A stretch of 63,606 nucleotides of DNA, filler included, from Stramenopiles sp. TOSAG23-6 (Eukaryota): assembly GCA_900128565.1 (NCBI GenBank). It is 46 parts of 46 records of this genome, joined end to end, with 100 filler letters (N's around TTAATTAATTAA, not from the genome) between each part and the next. Parts side by side here need not be neighbours in the genome. Positions count along the whole stretch, not along the records: positions 49,942 to 51,219 come from LT639330.1; positions 51,320 to 52,597 come from LT639331.1; positions 52,698 to 53,975 come from LT639332.1; positions 54,076 to 55,353 come from LT639333.1; positions 55,454 to 56,730 come from LT639334.1; positions 56,831 to 58,107 come from LT639335.1; positions 58,208 to 59,483 come from LT639337.1; positions 59,584 to 60,859 come from LT639338.1; 38 more parts are not named here. One strand, given 5' to 3'. Below are positions 50,000-61,026 of the stretch, piece after piece. The position numbers and the translations under genes are program-made. The notes under the pieces were generated by a model. It saw only the letters and a program-made list of their open reading frames with translations. It was not told the origin of the DNA and ran no database searches. The number at the start of each line of letters is the position of its first letter. The first letter of the stretch is position 1.

Positions 50000-51038
50000 G
50001 TACGAGGTTCTTAACCCTGAAGCTGAAACATTGAAACATCGTCTTGAAAGGGCGTTGCGTGATGTACCCATACTTTTCGTGGGAGTTTGCATAGTGTTTT
50101 TGTCATTGTTATGGAATATTTTTTTTCGTCCAATTTATATGTCTTTCGTTCGATGTTGTCGAAAAAGACATAAATTGCAAAAAAATAAGAGGGATAAAAT
50201 TTTCATGGAAGAAGCAGAAGTTGGTGATGCTTTTAAGACTCTTGCACGTGAAAGTCATGAAGCCGAAGAGAAAAAACTATTCGAAAAGACAGGGGTAAAA
50301 CAATCAGCAATTATGCCTCCCAAACATACTTTATTTTCCATGAAAGCATCAGCTTTACATTGGGAGCATCATTCTAAACATCGGAAAGCTGAACTCAGCG
50401 AGTATCCTTCTGATATTCATTTGCCTAAATATTTTGATGCAATACCAATGAAAATTCTTAATGATAGAATCCACTCTCAACCATGTCGAGTGAAAGATTC
50501 CCTAGTTCCAAAGTACGTAGATGCATATAAAAAAGCATCGGCAATATACGCTAAAAGGCTGGCTAAATTTGAGGAACTTTACAAAATCCAAGAAGAATCT
50601 AAATCTGGTGATACTGGTGAAAAATACGGAACTCATAAGAAACACAAAAAACTCAACCGAATAAATTGTAAAAAGTTCATCGAGTCATTTTATATCGATG
50701 ATGATGAAACAGAAAGAGAAGCTCGGACGGATCGATTTATTAATATTTTCCACCATGGAGCACTCTATGACGCATATTTCTTGTCCTTTCGTGCACTCAA
50801 TCATGTAGGAAGCATAAAAATATACGGAATTCCGTCGTTTTCGCCTCATGAAAATCCTAAAGTTCAACGAGTAATGGCATTAGAAATACAAAGTGGTGTA
50901 GTCTGTGACTTACTCCGAGGGTTTTATCCTTTAGGGACTCCAGTACAAGTAAAGCCTGGTGAAGCAGTTGCTACATGGGAACTAATTTTTGAAATGTGTC
51001 GACAGCGACGAGATATACTATTAGGATTTAATGAGTAA
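50000..51038 (+). CDS. Last exon of a membrane protein
   Basis: Follows acceptor CAAAATAAAT at 49999; one hydrophobic helix; stop at 51038. Confidence 0.65.
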
Positions 51039-51319
51039 CTTTCCGACCCAAGTTGAATCAATTCAATGTCAACGTCGCCATCTAAATTTTGGAATTCAAA
51101 ATTTTCCTGTAACAACGGTGCAAGCAAAAATACTCTCGAAGGTTTCTTACTATCTAATTCACCACTATGATACACTACTGAGTATGTATTTTGGAAAAAT
51201 ATTTCAAAAAAAAAAATGTNNNNNNNNNNNNNNNNNNNNNNNNNNNNNNNNNNNNNNNNNNNNTTAATTAATTAANNNNNNNNNNNNNNNNNNNNNNNNN
51301 NNNNNNNNNNNNNNNNNNN

Positions 51320-52468
51320 TTCAGGTTCAGGTTCAGGTTCAGGTTGAATTTTAACATCTTTGAGACGATTTTCCCCAAAAGGGAGCTCTCCCCCATCAAC
51401 CCGATATACAATATCTCGGTTGCCTCCGCGAAGAAGGCTTTTGTGAACGTTTTTCATTCCCGATATATACTTTTCCGCGATAATCCGAATTGGATCATAC
51501 AAGGAGGTAGACCCATCGGGATTGTCCAACAGTTGAACAAAAGCAAGTAATTGCTCAGCATTCAAAAGTTTAATATTTTCAAAAACTGTGTGAGGAATCG
51601 CATACTGAAAAGTTCTGTATCTGTTACGTCCTTCATCATCTGGAACCTGATCCCTGCTGATAACATAACGATGCCTATAATGAGTAGAACCGTGATTGTT
51701 TCCTTCAACTTGAGCGATCATTTGATCAACTTCCTTTGGGTCAACGTATCCCACAGCTTTAGGCATTTGACTAAATAAATCAAACATTTTTCCTGCTGTT
51801 GTGCTCAATTTGGCTATCTCACTTGCCTTAGTTGGATTATTTATCATGGCGATTAACACAAAATCAGGAATTTCTCGCATAGACTCTGGAACATATTTGA
51901 AATCCATAGATTCAAGAAGTGCGGCTTTTACTATGTCAGCATCATCTTTCAGCCTGTCAGATAAAACTCGAAACATACAAGACTTGATTGGACTAGACAT
52001 GAACTTGACTTTATCATCAAAAATATTCACATCACTGCAATTTTTTTTTAGGGATTCAAGATTTTCTACGAGACTGTCCGGAGCATAACTGCTTTTGGTT
52101 CTTTCTATCATAATAGAAATGACCTCATCGTGACATTGCAGGTTTTCTGGAAGTGTTTTATAGATGGATTTAGTGCAGTACAATGATGCAATAAGAACAT
52201 CTTGATCATCCCGTAAAGCTTCCGGTATATTCTGAAAGCATTCCTCTGGCGTATAGTTGTTCAGAGCATCTCTTTTCAATAACGCAATTACCACCTCTTT
52301 ATCGTTTATCAAATCACCAACGTCTTGCCATATAAACGAAGAATAGTCAACATAACCGTCACGAGTAACTTCTGCAATAACTTCATCTTTATTATGCCAG
52401 TCTATTGCTTTGGTTGTACCACAAAGCAACGCAATTGCGCTTAACATAATTAGAGCTTTAGAGATCAT
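51320..52468 (-). CDS. Signal-peptide protein with DUF4116-like repeats and (PE)n tail, copy 1
   Basis: DKEVVIAL, IPEALRDDQDVLIA, LSDRLKDDADIVKAA; hydrophobic N-terminus. Confidence 0.75.
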
Positions 52469-52531
52469 TTTCAAGTTGATCAATTTTGATATTTACTCAG
52501 TTCCTCTTCAGCAGGTAGAACTTCTACTCAC

Positions 52532-52597
52532 TCTTTCAAGCTTCTTTCAAGCTTCTTTCAAGCTTCTTTCAAGCTTCTTTCAAGCTTCTTTCAAGCT
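52532..52597 (+). repeat. 11-bp tandem repeat (CTTTCAAGCTT)n; identical at 53910-53975
   Basis: About six units running to the contig end. Confidence 0.9.
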
Positions 52598-52697
52598 NNN
52601 NNNNNNNNNNNNNNNNNNNNNNNNNNNNNNNNNNNNNNNNNTTAATTAATTAANNNNNNNNNNNNNNNNNNNNNNNNNNNNNNNNNNNNNNNNNNNN

Positions 52698-53846
52698 TTC
52701 AGGTTCAGGTTCAGGTTCAGGTTGAATTTTAACATCTTTGAGACGATTTTCCCCAAAAGGGAGCTCTCCCCCATCAACCCGATATACAATATCTCGGTTG
52801 CCTCCGCGAAGAAGGCTTTTGTGAACGTTTTTCATTCCCGATATATACTTTTCCGCGATAATCCGAATTGGATCATACAAGGAGGTAGACCCATCGGGAT
52901 TGTCCAACAGTTGAACAAAAGCAAGTAATTGCTCAGCATTCAAAAGTTTAATATTTTCAAAAACTGTGTGAGGAATCGCATACTGAAAAGTTCTGTATCT
53001 GTTACGTCCTTCATCATCTGGAACCTGATCCCTGCTGATAACATAACGATGCCTATAATGAGTAGAACCGTGATTGTTTCCTTCAACTTGAGCGATCATT
53101 TGATCAACTTCCTTTGGGTCAACGTATCCCACAGCTTTAGGCATTTGACTAAATAAATCAAACATTTTTCCTGCTGTTGTGCTCAATTTGGCTATCTCAC
53201 TTGCCTTAGTTGGATTATTTATCATGGCGATTAACACAAAATCAGGAATTTCTCGCATAGACTCTGGAACATATTTGAAATCCATAGATTCAAGAAGTGC
53301 GGCTTTTACTATGTCAGCATCATCTTTCAGCCTGTCAGATAAAACTCGAAACATACAAGACTTGATTGGACTAGACATGAACTTGACTTTATCATCAAAA
53401 ATATTCACATCACTGCAATTTTTTTTTAGGGATTCAAGATTTTCTACGAGACTGTCCGGAGCATAACTGCTTTTGGTTCTTTCTATCATAATAGAAATGA
53501 CCTCATCGTGACATTGCAGGTTTTCTGGAAGTGTTTTATAGATGGATTTAGTGCAGTACAATGATGCAATAAGAACATCTTGATCATCCCGTAAAGCTTC
53601 CGGTATATTCTGAAAGCATTCCTCTGGCGTATAGTTGTTCAGAGCATCTCTTTTCAATAACGCAATTACCACCTCTTTATCGTTTATCAAATCACCAACG
53701 TCTTGCCATATAAACGAAGAATAGTCAACATAACCGTCACGAGTAACTTCTGCAATAACTTCATCTTTATTATGCCAGTCTATTGCTTTGGTTGTACCAC
53801 AAAGCAACGCAATTGCGCTTAACATAATTAGAGCTTTAGAGATCAT
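52698..53846 (-). CDS. Identical copy 2 of the DUF4116-like gene (duplicate contig)
   Basis: Contig 52698-53975 repeats contig 51320-52597. Confidence 0.75.
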
Positions 53847-54075
53847 TTTCAAGTTGATCAATTTTGATATTTACTCAGTTCCTCTTCAGCAGGTAGAACT
53901 TCTACTCACTCTTTCAAGCTTCTTTCAAGCTTCTTTCAAGCTTCTTTCAAGCTTCTTTCAAGCTTCTTTCAAGCTNNNNNNNNNNNNNNNNNNNNNNNNN
54001 NNNNNNNNNNNNNNNNNNNTTAATTAATTAANNNNNNNNNNNNNNNNNNNNNNNNNNNNNNNNNNNNNNNNNNNN

Positions 54076-54520
54076 TAGCATCATTTGCAACAATCATGCA
54101 TTCTTGGCCATCAATCTGTCCAATTCCGGTAACAACTCCACCAGCTGGAACACTATCCTTGCCGTACAACTCATGCCCTGCAAGTGGCGACAACTCCAAG
54201 AAAGGTGAACCATCATCTATTAATGTGTCTATGCGCTCACGAGCCAATAATTTACCACGAGAACGGTGCTTTTCCACAGCTTTAGGACCTCCACCCGCAT
54301 GTACAATTGATAATTTACTTTGTAATTCTGCCGTTAGTTTGCGCATCATTTCAGCATTGGCTTTGAAATCAGCGGAATTGACACTAATGTTACTCTCAAG
54401 AACATTTAGACCATCAGAAAGTGTTGATAGACTTCGTAAGGAGACAGATATTGAATTGAAACCCACTACCTTCGCTACTTTCGGAAATAACCGAGATATG
54501 GTAGAAAAAGACAGCGCCAT
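54076..54520 (-). CDS. MCCC2: Methylcrotonyl-CoA carboxylase beta subunit, 5' part
   Basis: GGGPKAVEKHRSRGKLLARERID.LID.GSPFLELS.LAG, PAGGVVTGIG, CMIVANDA; presequence-like N-terminus. Confidence 0.95.
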
Positions 54521-54816
54521 TACACTCTTACCAAAATTATTCGTCCTTTTGACACAAATAAATATACCGAGAGAGTGATATGACAGGAGAATAATAATAA
54601 ATTCATTGAAATTTGCATGACACGTGGCAATTTTCATGCATGCGTCAAAATTTCACGCGAAGGAAATCTACTATCTAATGATTCTAATCCGCAGCAATCT
54701 GAAATCCTCAATCCTCCTCAAGTTGCCCCATTACCTGCATAATTTGTTTTAGCAAAATAGACTGATGAGACTATATTGGAGTTGTTCTTTTTTATTTAAT
54801 TAGTACTTGCCACGAT

Positions 54817-55353
54817 ATGGACCCGCTTAAACCTAAGAATGTGCCTGAAACAATAGTCAAAACGACTTTTAAAAAGCGTAAAGGTAAAAAGCGAAAGAAT
54901 GTACGAAGGCGTGATAAAGACGCAGACAACGGCCGAGGTGAAAGCAATATCAACTTGAATGTTAAGCCAAAAAAACAGATTCGTCTTAACTCATNNNNNN
55001 NNNNNNNNNNNNNNNNNNNNNNNNNNNNNNNNNNNNNNNNNNNNNNNNNNNNACTGCAGACGTGGGCGGAGCAAGTACAGATGATAAAACTTCGGAATTG
55101 GTAAGTTCATATAAGTCAACACGTTCAGCAAAACCACAGTATTTTGCTGGTCACGCCTTAGACCAAGGAAATTTTGCCAATGCCGCTCAAAAAAACTTTG
55201 AGAAAGCTCAAGCTGCAAAGCAAGAGGCAAAAACTATAAACTTAGATAGTACAGTAGGAGTTGTAAAGGAATTTATTGGAACCGCCGGATATACCAAGCA
55301 TATTCAAAATGCACCTGGCGAGGAAACACGAAATAAAAATACTGGTTCACATG
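54817..55353 (+). CDS. CWC24: Probable CWC24/RNF113A N-terminal half
   Basis: FKKRKGKKRKNVRRR, YKSTRSA, GTAGYTKHI…KNTGSH, which continues as GPIR at 36138. Confidence 0.75.
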
Positions 55354-55453
55354 NNNNNNNNNNNNNNNNNNNNNNNNNNNNNNNNNNNNNNNNNNNNTTA
55401 ATTAATTAANNNNNNNNNNNNNNNNNNNNNNNNNNNNNNNNNNNNNNNNNNNN

Positions 55454-56730
55454 TGTATTTTTGTTTTTATTCAAAAGACGAATGATGTTTGCTTTTACAT
55501 GATAAAAATGTTTATTTATTGTTAATACTATTGTCATATTGTACAGATTATTGACAATATTTTTGTTTTTATTCAAAAGATGAATGATGTTTAGTTTTAC
55601 ATGATAAAAATGTTTATTTATTTCAAATACTATTGAAATATTGTACAGATTATTTAAAGTATTTTTGTTTTTATTCAAACAATGAATGATAGTTACTTTT
55701 ACATGATAATATATTTATTTATTTCAAATACTATTGACATATTGAACAGATTATTGTTTGTATTTTTGTTTTTATTCAAAAGACGAATGATGTTTGCTTT
55801 AGAATGATAAAAATGTGTATTTATTTTAAATACTATTGGCAAATTGTACACATTATTGGCAGTATTTTTGTTTTTATTCAAAAGATGAATCATGTTTGCT
55901 TTAGAATGATAAAAATGTTTATTTTCTTTCAAATACTCTTGACATATTGTACAGATTATTTAAAGTATTTTTGTTTTTATTCAACAAATGAATGATTTTT
56001 TCTTTTATATGATGAAAATGTTGTTTTATTTCAAACACTATTGATATATTGTACACATTATTTGCAGTATTTTTGTTTTTATTCAAAAGGTGAATGATGT
56101 TTGCGTTTACATGATAAAAAGTTATTTATTTTGCAAATGCTATTGACATGTTGTACAGATTATTTCATGTATTTTTGTTCAAATTCAAAAGATGAATAAT
56201 GTTTCTTTTAGAATGATAAGAATGTGTATTTATATCAAATACTCTTGGCATATTGTACACAATATTGTTGGTATTTTTGTTTTTATTCAAAAGATGAATN
56301 ATGTTTGCTTTTACATGATAAAACTATTTATTTATTTTGTAAACTATTGACATATTCTATAGATTATTGGGTGTATTTTTGTTTTTATTCAAAAGATGAA
56401 TGATGTTTTCTTTTACATGATAAAAATGTATATTTATTTTAAATACTATTGACATATTGTACAGATTTTTTGGTGTATTTTTGTTTTTATTCAAACAATG
56501 AGTGATGTTTGCTTTTACATGATAAAAATTTGTATTTATTTCAAATACTATCGGGATATTGTACACATTATTGAAGATATTTTTGATTTTATTCAAACAA
56601 TAAATGATGTTTGCTTTTACATGATAAAAATGTATATTTATTTCAAATACTATTTACATATTATACATATTATTAAAAGTATTTTTGTTTTTATTCAAAA
56701 GATGAATGATGTTTGCTTTTACATGATAAA
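55454..56730 (-). repeat. 102-bp tandem repeat array filling the whole contig (~12.5 units)
   Basis: ACATGATAA recurs at 55497, 55599, 55701…; reverse complement of the 14670-15236 family. Confidence 0.95.
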
Positions 56731-56900
56731 NNNNNNNNNNNNNNNNNNNNNNNNNNNNNNNNNNNNNNNNNNNNTTAATTAATTAANNNNNNNNNNNNNN
56801 NNNNNNNNNNNNNNNNNNNNNNNNNNNNNNTTTTTTCGTACGAAATTTTGTACCTAACAATTTTTTTTTTTTTTTTTTTAAATATTTTTCTTAAATACAT

Positions 56901-58041
56901 ATTTCATGTTGCTGATCATGTTATATATGACTGGTGGAAAGATGAGGGGCGAGCTACACAAAGAGCAAGAGCAATTCAATATTGGCTAAAACGAGCAACT
57001 TTGAATACTATTCTCTTGGAAAAAACAGACATTATTAATCGTACTGCGGAACAAGCAAGATGTTATGGAATTCCATTTATAGATGTGTATATTGTTTTCC
57101 CTCAAAAATTGTGTAAACTTATTTCGTACGAAATTCCGTACCTAACGATTTTTTTTTTTTTTACTAACAAAAAAAAAAAAAAAAATATTTTTTCACAATA
57201 TATTATTTCGTACGAAATTCCGTACCTAACGATTTTTTTTACTAAAAAAAAAAAAAAAAAAAAAAATATTTTTTTTTCACAATATATGATACACAGAGGT
57301 TCTCAAATTCGTGTAGAGGCCGTCATGAGTCGGATTACTAAGCGGGATGACTATATTTGTCCATCACCAACGCGTGAAGATGTTGTACGTTTTATTATTT
57401 TTTTTTTCCGGTAAAAAAAAAATCGAATTTATTTTTTTATAAAAATGTTGTACCTAACAATTTTTTTATAATTTTTTTTGAAATATTTTTCCAAAATACA
57501 TGCTCAACAACCTGCGATGGAAGCATTACCACAAATCTTGGAACCATCATCATCTAAAGGGGAACAATATTTTGTAGATCCTGTAGTTGTCCTTGATTTT
57601 CAGTCACTTTATCCATCTTTAATAATTGCATATAATTTATGTTTTTCAACGTGTTTTGGGCATCTGAATACAAATCGACTTGGTGTTTTGCCAAAGTATA
57701 CAGCTCCAAAGGATGCTCTATTGCAAGCAACAAGACAAGCACAATTGCGAAAAACGTTTATTTCAAGCACTGGTTGTTGCTTCGCGCCAAGGAAGCAACG
57801 CGAAGGAGTTTTGCCACGTATGTTACGTACGTTTTCATTATGAATTTCAAATTTATTTATTTTTTCGTACGAAATTTTGTACCTAACAAATTTCGATTTT
57901 AATTTTTTTTACAATATATGTGAAATTCTTCAAATGCGAATCGTCTTGAAGAAAGCAATGAAGGAATGTAAATTAAGTGGTGATAGTGAAGAAGCATTAG
58001 TCCTAAACGCTAGGCAGCTGGGTCTGAAACTTATTGCTAAT
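56901..58041 (+). CDS. REV3: DNA polymerase zeta catalytic subunit, partial, four exons
   Basis: [71 protein letters not shown]. Confidence 0.96.
57087..57287 (+). other. GT-AT intron with duplicated 3' module
   Basis: gat gt|GTATATTG…CACAATATAT|g ata cac aga ggt gives FIDVIHRGSQ. Confidence 0.85.
57385..57501 (+). other. GT-AT intron, no junction direct repeat
   Basis: gat gtt|GTACGTTTT…CCAAAATACAT|gct caa caa gives DV-AQQPAME; no AG in the intron. Confidence 0.92.
57827..57919 (+). other. GT-AT intron
   Basis: tta c|GTACGTTTT…ACAATATAT|gt gaa att gives PRMLR-EIL; no AG in the intron. Confidence 0.92.
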
Positions 58042-58428
58042 ATATGTTTTATTTTTTTTTTTACAAAAAAATCGAATTTATTTTTTTATAAAAATTTTGT
58101 ACCTAACNNNNNNNNNNNNNNNNNNNNNNNNNNNNNNNNNNNNNNNNNNNNTTAATTAATTAANNNNNNNNNNNNNNNNNNNNNNNNNNNNNNNNNNNNN
58201 NNNNNNNAATCAAACAATGACAGTTTGATGTCAAAAAACTAATTTTGACAGCAAGTTTAAAATTTTCAAAATTCAATTTGACTTTTCGTGGACCGCAAAA
58301 AATCGGAAGAAGACAAAATTTGGATTTCCATTCTCCTTCTTCAATCAAATCTAAATATAAATATATTAAATTGCAATGTACATTTAGTGCCCCGTTTCTA
58401 AATATTTATTTCGTCACGATACCTATAT

Positions 58429-59451
58429 ATGTTTACACTCCATCAGATGGATTTGTTCATCCTCTTTATTCTGCTATTTTTGTTGCAGTTGATGCCACCA
58501 GTCCATTCACAAGGGACGGAAGTTTTATGATGTTTTAAAACAACTCGTCGAGATTGCTCCTAATGAACCTGATGTTCTTTTTCTTACTGGTACTACATTA
58601 CAATCGTTAGGAGAATACAGGGAAGCTGAAAAATACTACATATCATCACTATCGATATCACCAGAAATGCCTGGTGCCATAAGAAACCTTGCACTCCTTT
58701 ATCGCGGTGATTTTTGGAAAGGTTCGAAGCTTCTTGATGCTGAACAATTATATCTTCGTATGATGAATATTCAACCACAGAATGGTCTCGATTATAATGG
58801 ACTAGGTTTAACATACGAACGTCTAAATCGAGTACCAGAGGCATTACACTGCTTTGAGATGGCCCTAAAAATTGATTCAGATCCAAAATTAAATCCATCT
58901 GGTCCGGGCGAACTAACAACTGAGGCACTTTATAATCGAGGTGTTGCGTTGGCGCGTGTAGGTAATGTTAGAGAGGCAGAAAGATCTTATGAAATGGCTT
59001 TAGAGAGAAATCCACAAAATGCCTCTGCCATGATTAACTTGGCGGCTCTTTTTCATGCGAATATGCAATTGGATGAAGCTATTTCTAGATATTTATCCGT
59101 TCTCAATATACACGGCGTAAGCATAAAATTGAAAATCATGGTTTTAACTAATGTTGGCGTAGCGTACACGCTTCAAGGGAAAGGCGATAAAGCAATTGAA
59201 ACTTTTCTTAGAGTTTTGTCAATGAAAAGAGCAAAGAAAAGCTTTCATACGAGTCAAAATCAAATAAATGACAATGAAGGGGAAGCAGAAATATATGCAC
59301 ATTTATTACGTGCTAGAAAAATTATGTGTAATTGGAAAAATTATGATAAAAGATTAAAACATTTATTAAGACTCATTGCCGAAGAAACAAATAATTTGAC
59401 TGCACCATGGCCACTTGGCAAAAGTCCACTACTTCCATTTGATACATTGAC
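58429..59451 (+). CDS. TPR protein of the OGT/GT41 type, 5' part, frameshifts at ~58520 and ~58590
   Basis: Several TPRs, then LLRARKIMCNWKNYDKR…PF..L, as at the start of the OGT catalytic region; donor at 59452. Confidence 0.7.
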
Positions 59452-59975
59452 GTATGTTTTATTTTTTTTTTAACAAAAAAATCNNNNNNNNNNNNNNNNN
59501 NNNNNNNNNNNNNNNNNNNNNNNNNNNTTAATTAATTAANNNNNNNNNNNNNNNNNNNNNNNNNNNNNNNNNNNNNNNNNNNNTGATACGCTGAACAATC
59601 CGAAAAATCAAAAACAATCTCTAGTAGAGATTGAAACATCGTCGCCTATGTGGACGACTCGATGGATGGAGGCGTGGTGGAGACCTTCAGCCTGGTATCG
59701 TAGTTGGTCTCTTTCATCATTCGATGAATTATTTATTAATGTAGAAACGGATAAAGACGTACAAACGGAACTGCGGAATAGAATCATAAAGATATTTTGT
59801 AAGGAATTTTGTACCTAACAAATNNNNNNNNNNNNNNNNNNNNNNNNNNNNNNNNNNNNNNNNNNNNNNNNNNNNNNNNNNNNNNNNNNNNNNNNNNNNN
59901 NNNNNNNNNNNNNNNNNNNNNNNNNNNNNNNNNNNNNNNNNNNNNNNNNNNNNNNNNNNNNNNNNNNNNNNNNNN

Positions 59976-60836
59976 TGATACGCTGAACAATCCGAAAAAT
60001 CAAAAACAATCTCTAGTAGAGATTGAAACATCGTCGCCTATGTGGACGACTCGATGGATGGAGGCGTGGTGGAGACCTTCAGCCTGGTATCGTAGTTGGT
60101 CTCTTTCATCATTCGATGAATTATTTATTAATGTAGAAACGGATAAAGACGTACAAACGGAACTGCGGAATAGAATCATAAAGATATTTTGTAAGGAATT
60201 TTGTACCTAACAAATTGTACCTAAGAAAAAACATTTTGAAATATTTTTCCAAAATACATGTCTTGTCATTGAAAGAATGTTTTCCCAAAAAATAATGGAG
60301 AAAAACATGGAAAATGATGAATTAAAATCGGCAGTTATGAAATGTTTACAATGTCGTGAAGATGTTTATGAAATTCGCCTTTGTTCTGGTGGCACCGGAC
60401 AACTTGCTTTTGTGCCTGATACTACGGGAACCGCATGCTTCGAAAGAACTGGTTATGCTAAAAAAAGACTCCGTAGATCTGGTAATAGCGCCGCATCTTC
60501 CATTCGACATTCACAGNNNNNNNNNNNNNNNNNTAAATGCGAATGGCTTGGAGTGACAAATGATGAGAAAGACGTATTGGATGAGGATATAGACAGTTTA
60601 TTGTACCAAAGAAAACAAAGAAATTCTGTTTCAAAATCCAGTACCTCCCCACAGAAAACTATATATAATAACAAAATTCCTCAACAAATTGATAACGACA
60701 AACGCGGTATTATTGAAACAATGTATGGCATCGGACACATTCGTGGATACAGAGATGATGGCGTTGTAATCCTAGATATCCGAGACAATGAAAATACCGA
60801 AGCTGTGTTGTATATGTCTGAAAATACAAAAAATAT
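59976..60836 (+). CDS. Hypothetical protein, two exons; short GT-AT intron at 60191-60259
   Basis: ttt t|GTAAGG…CAAAATACAT|gt ctt joins in frame to ORF 60277. Confidence 0.55.
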
Positions 60837-61026
60837 GTATGTTTTATTTTTTTTTCAATNNNNNNNNNNNNNNNNNNNNNNNNNNNNNNNNNNNNNNNNN
60901 NNNTTAATTAATTAANNNNNNNNNNNNNNNNNNNNNNNNNNNNNNNNNNNNNNNNNNNNAAAAAAATCTAAAAAATTTTGTGCCTTATGAATTGTACAAT
61001 GTAAAAAATATTTCTTCACAATATAT

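Noticed and set aside
56848-57414. Recurring peptides such as [18 protein letters not shown] and VRNFVPN as a protein domain
   Set aside because: They are translations of the intron core in three frames, not coding sequence.
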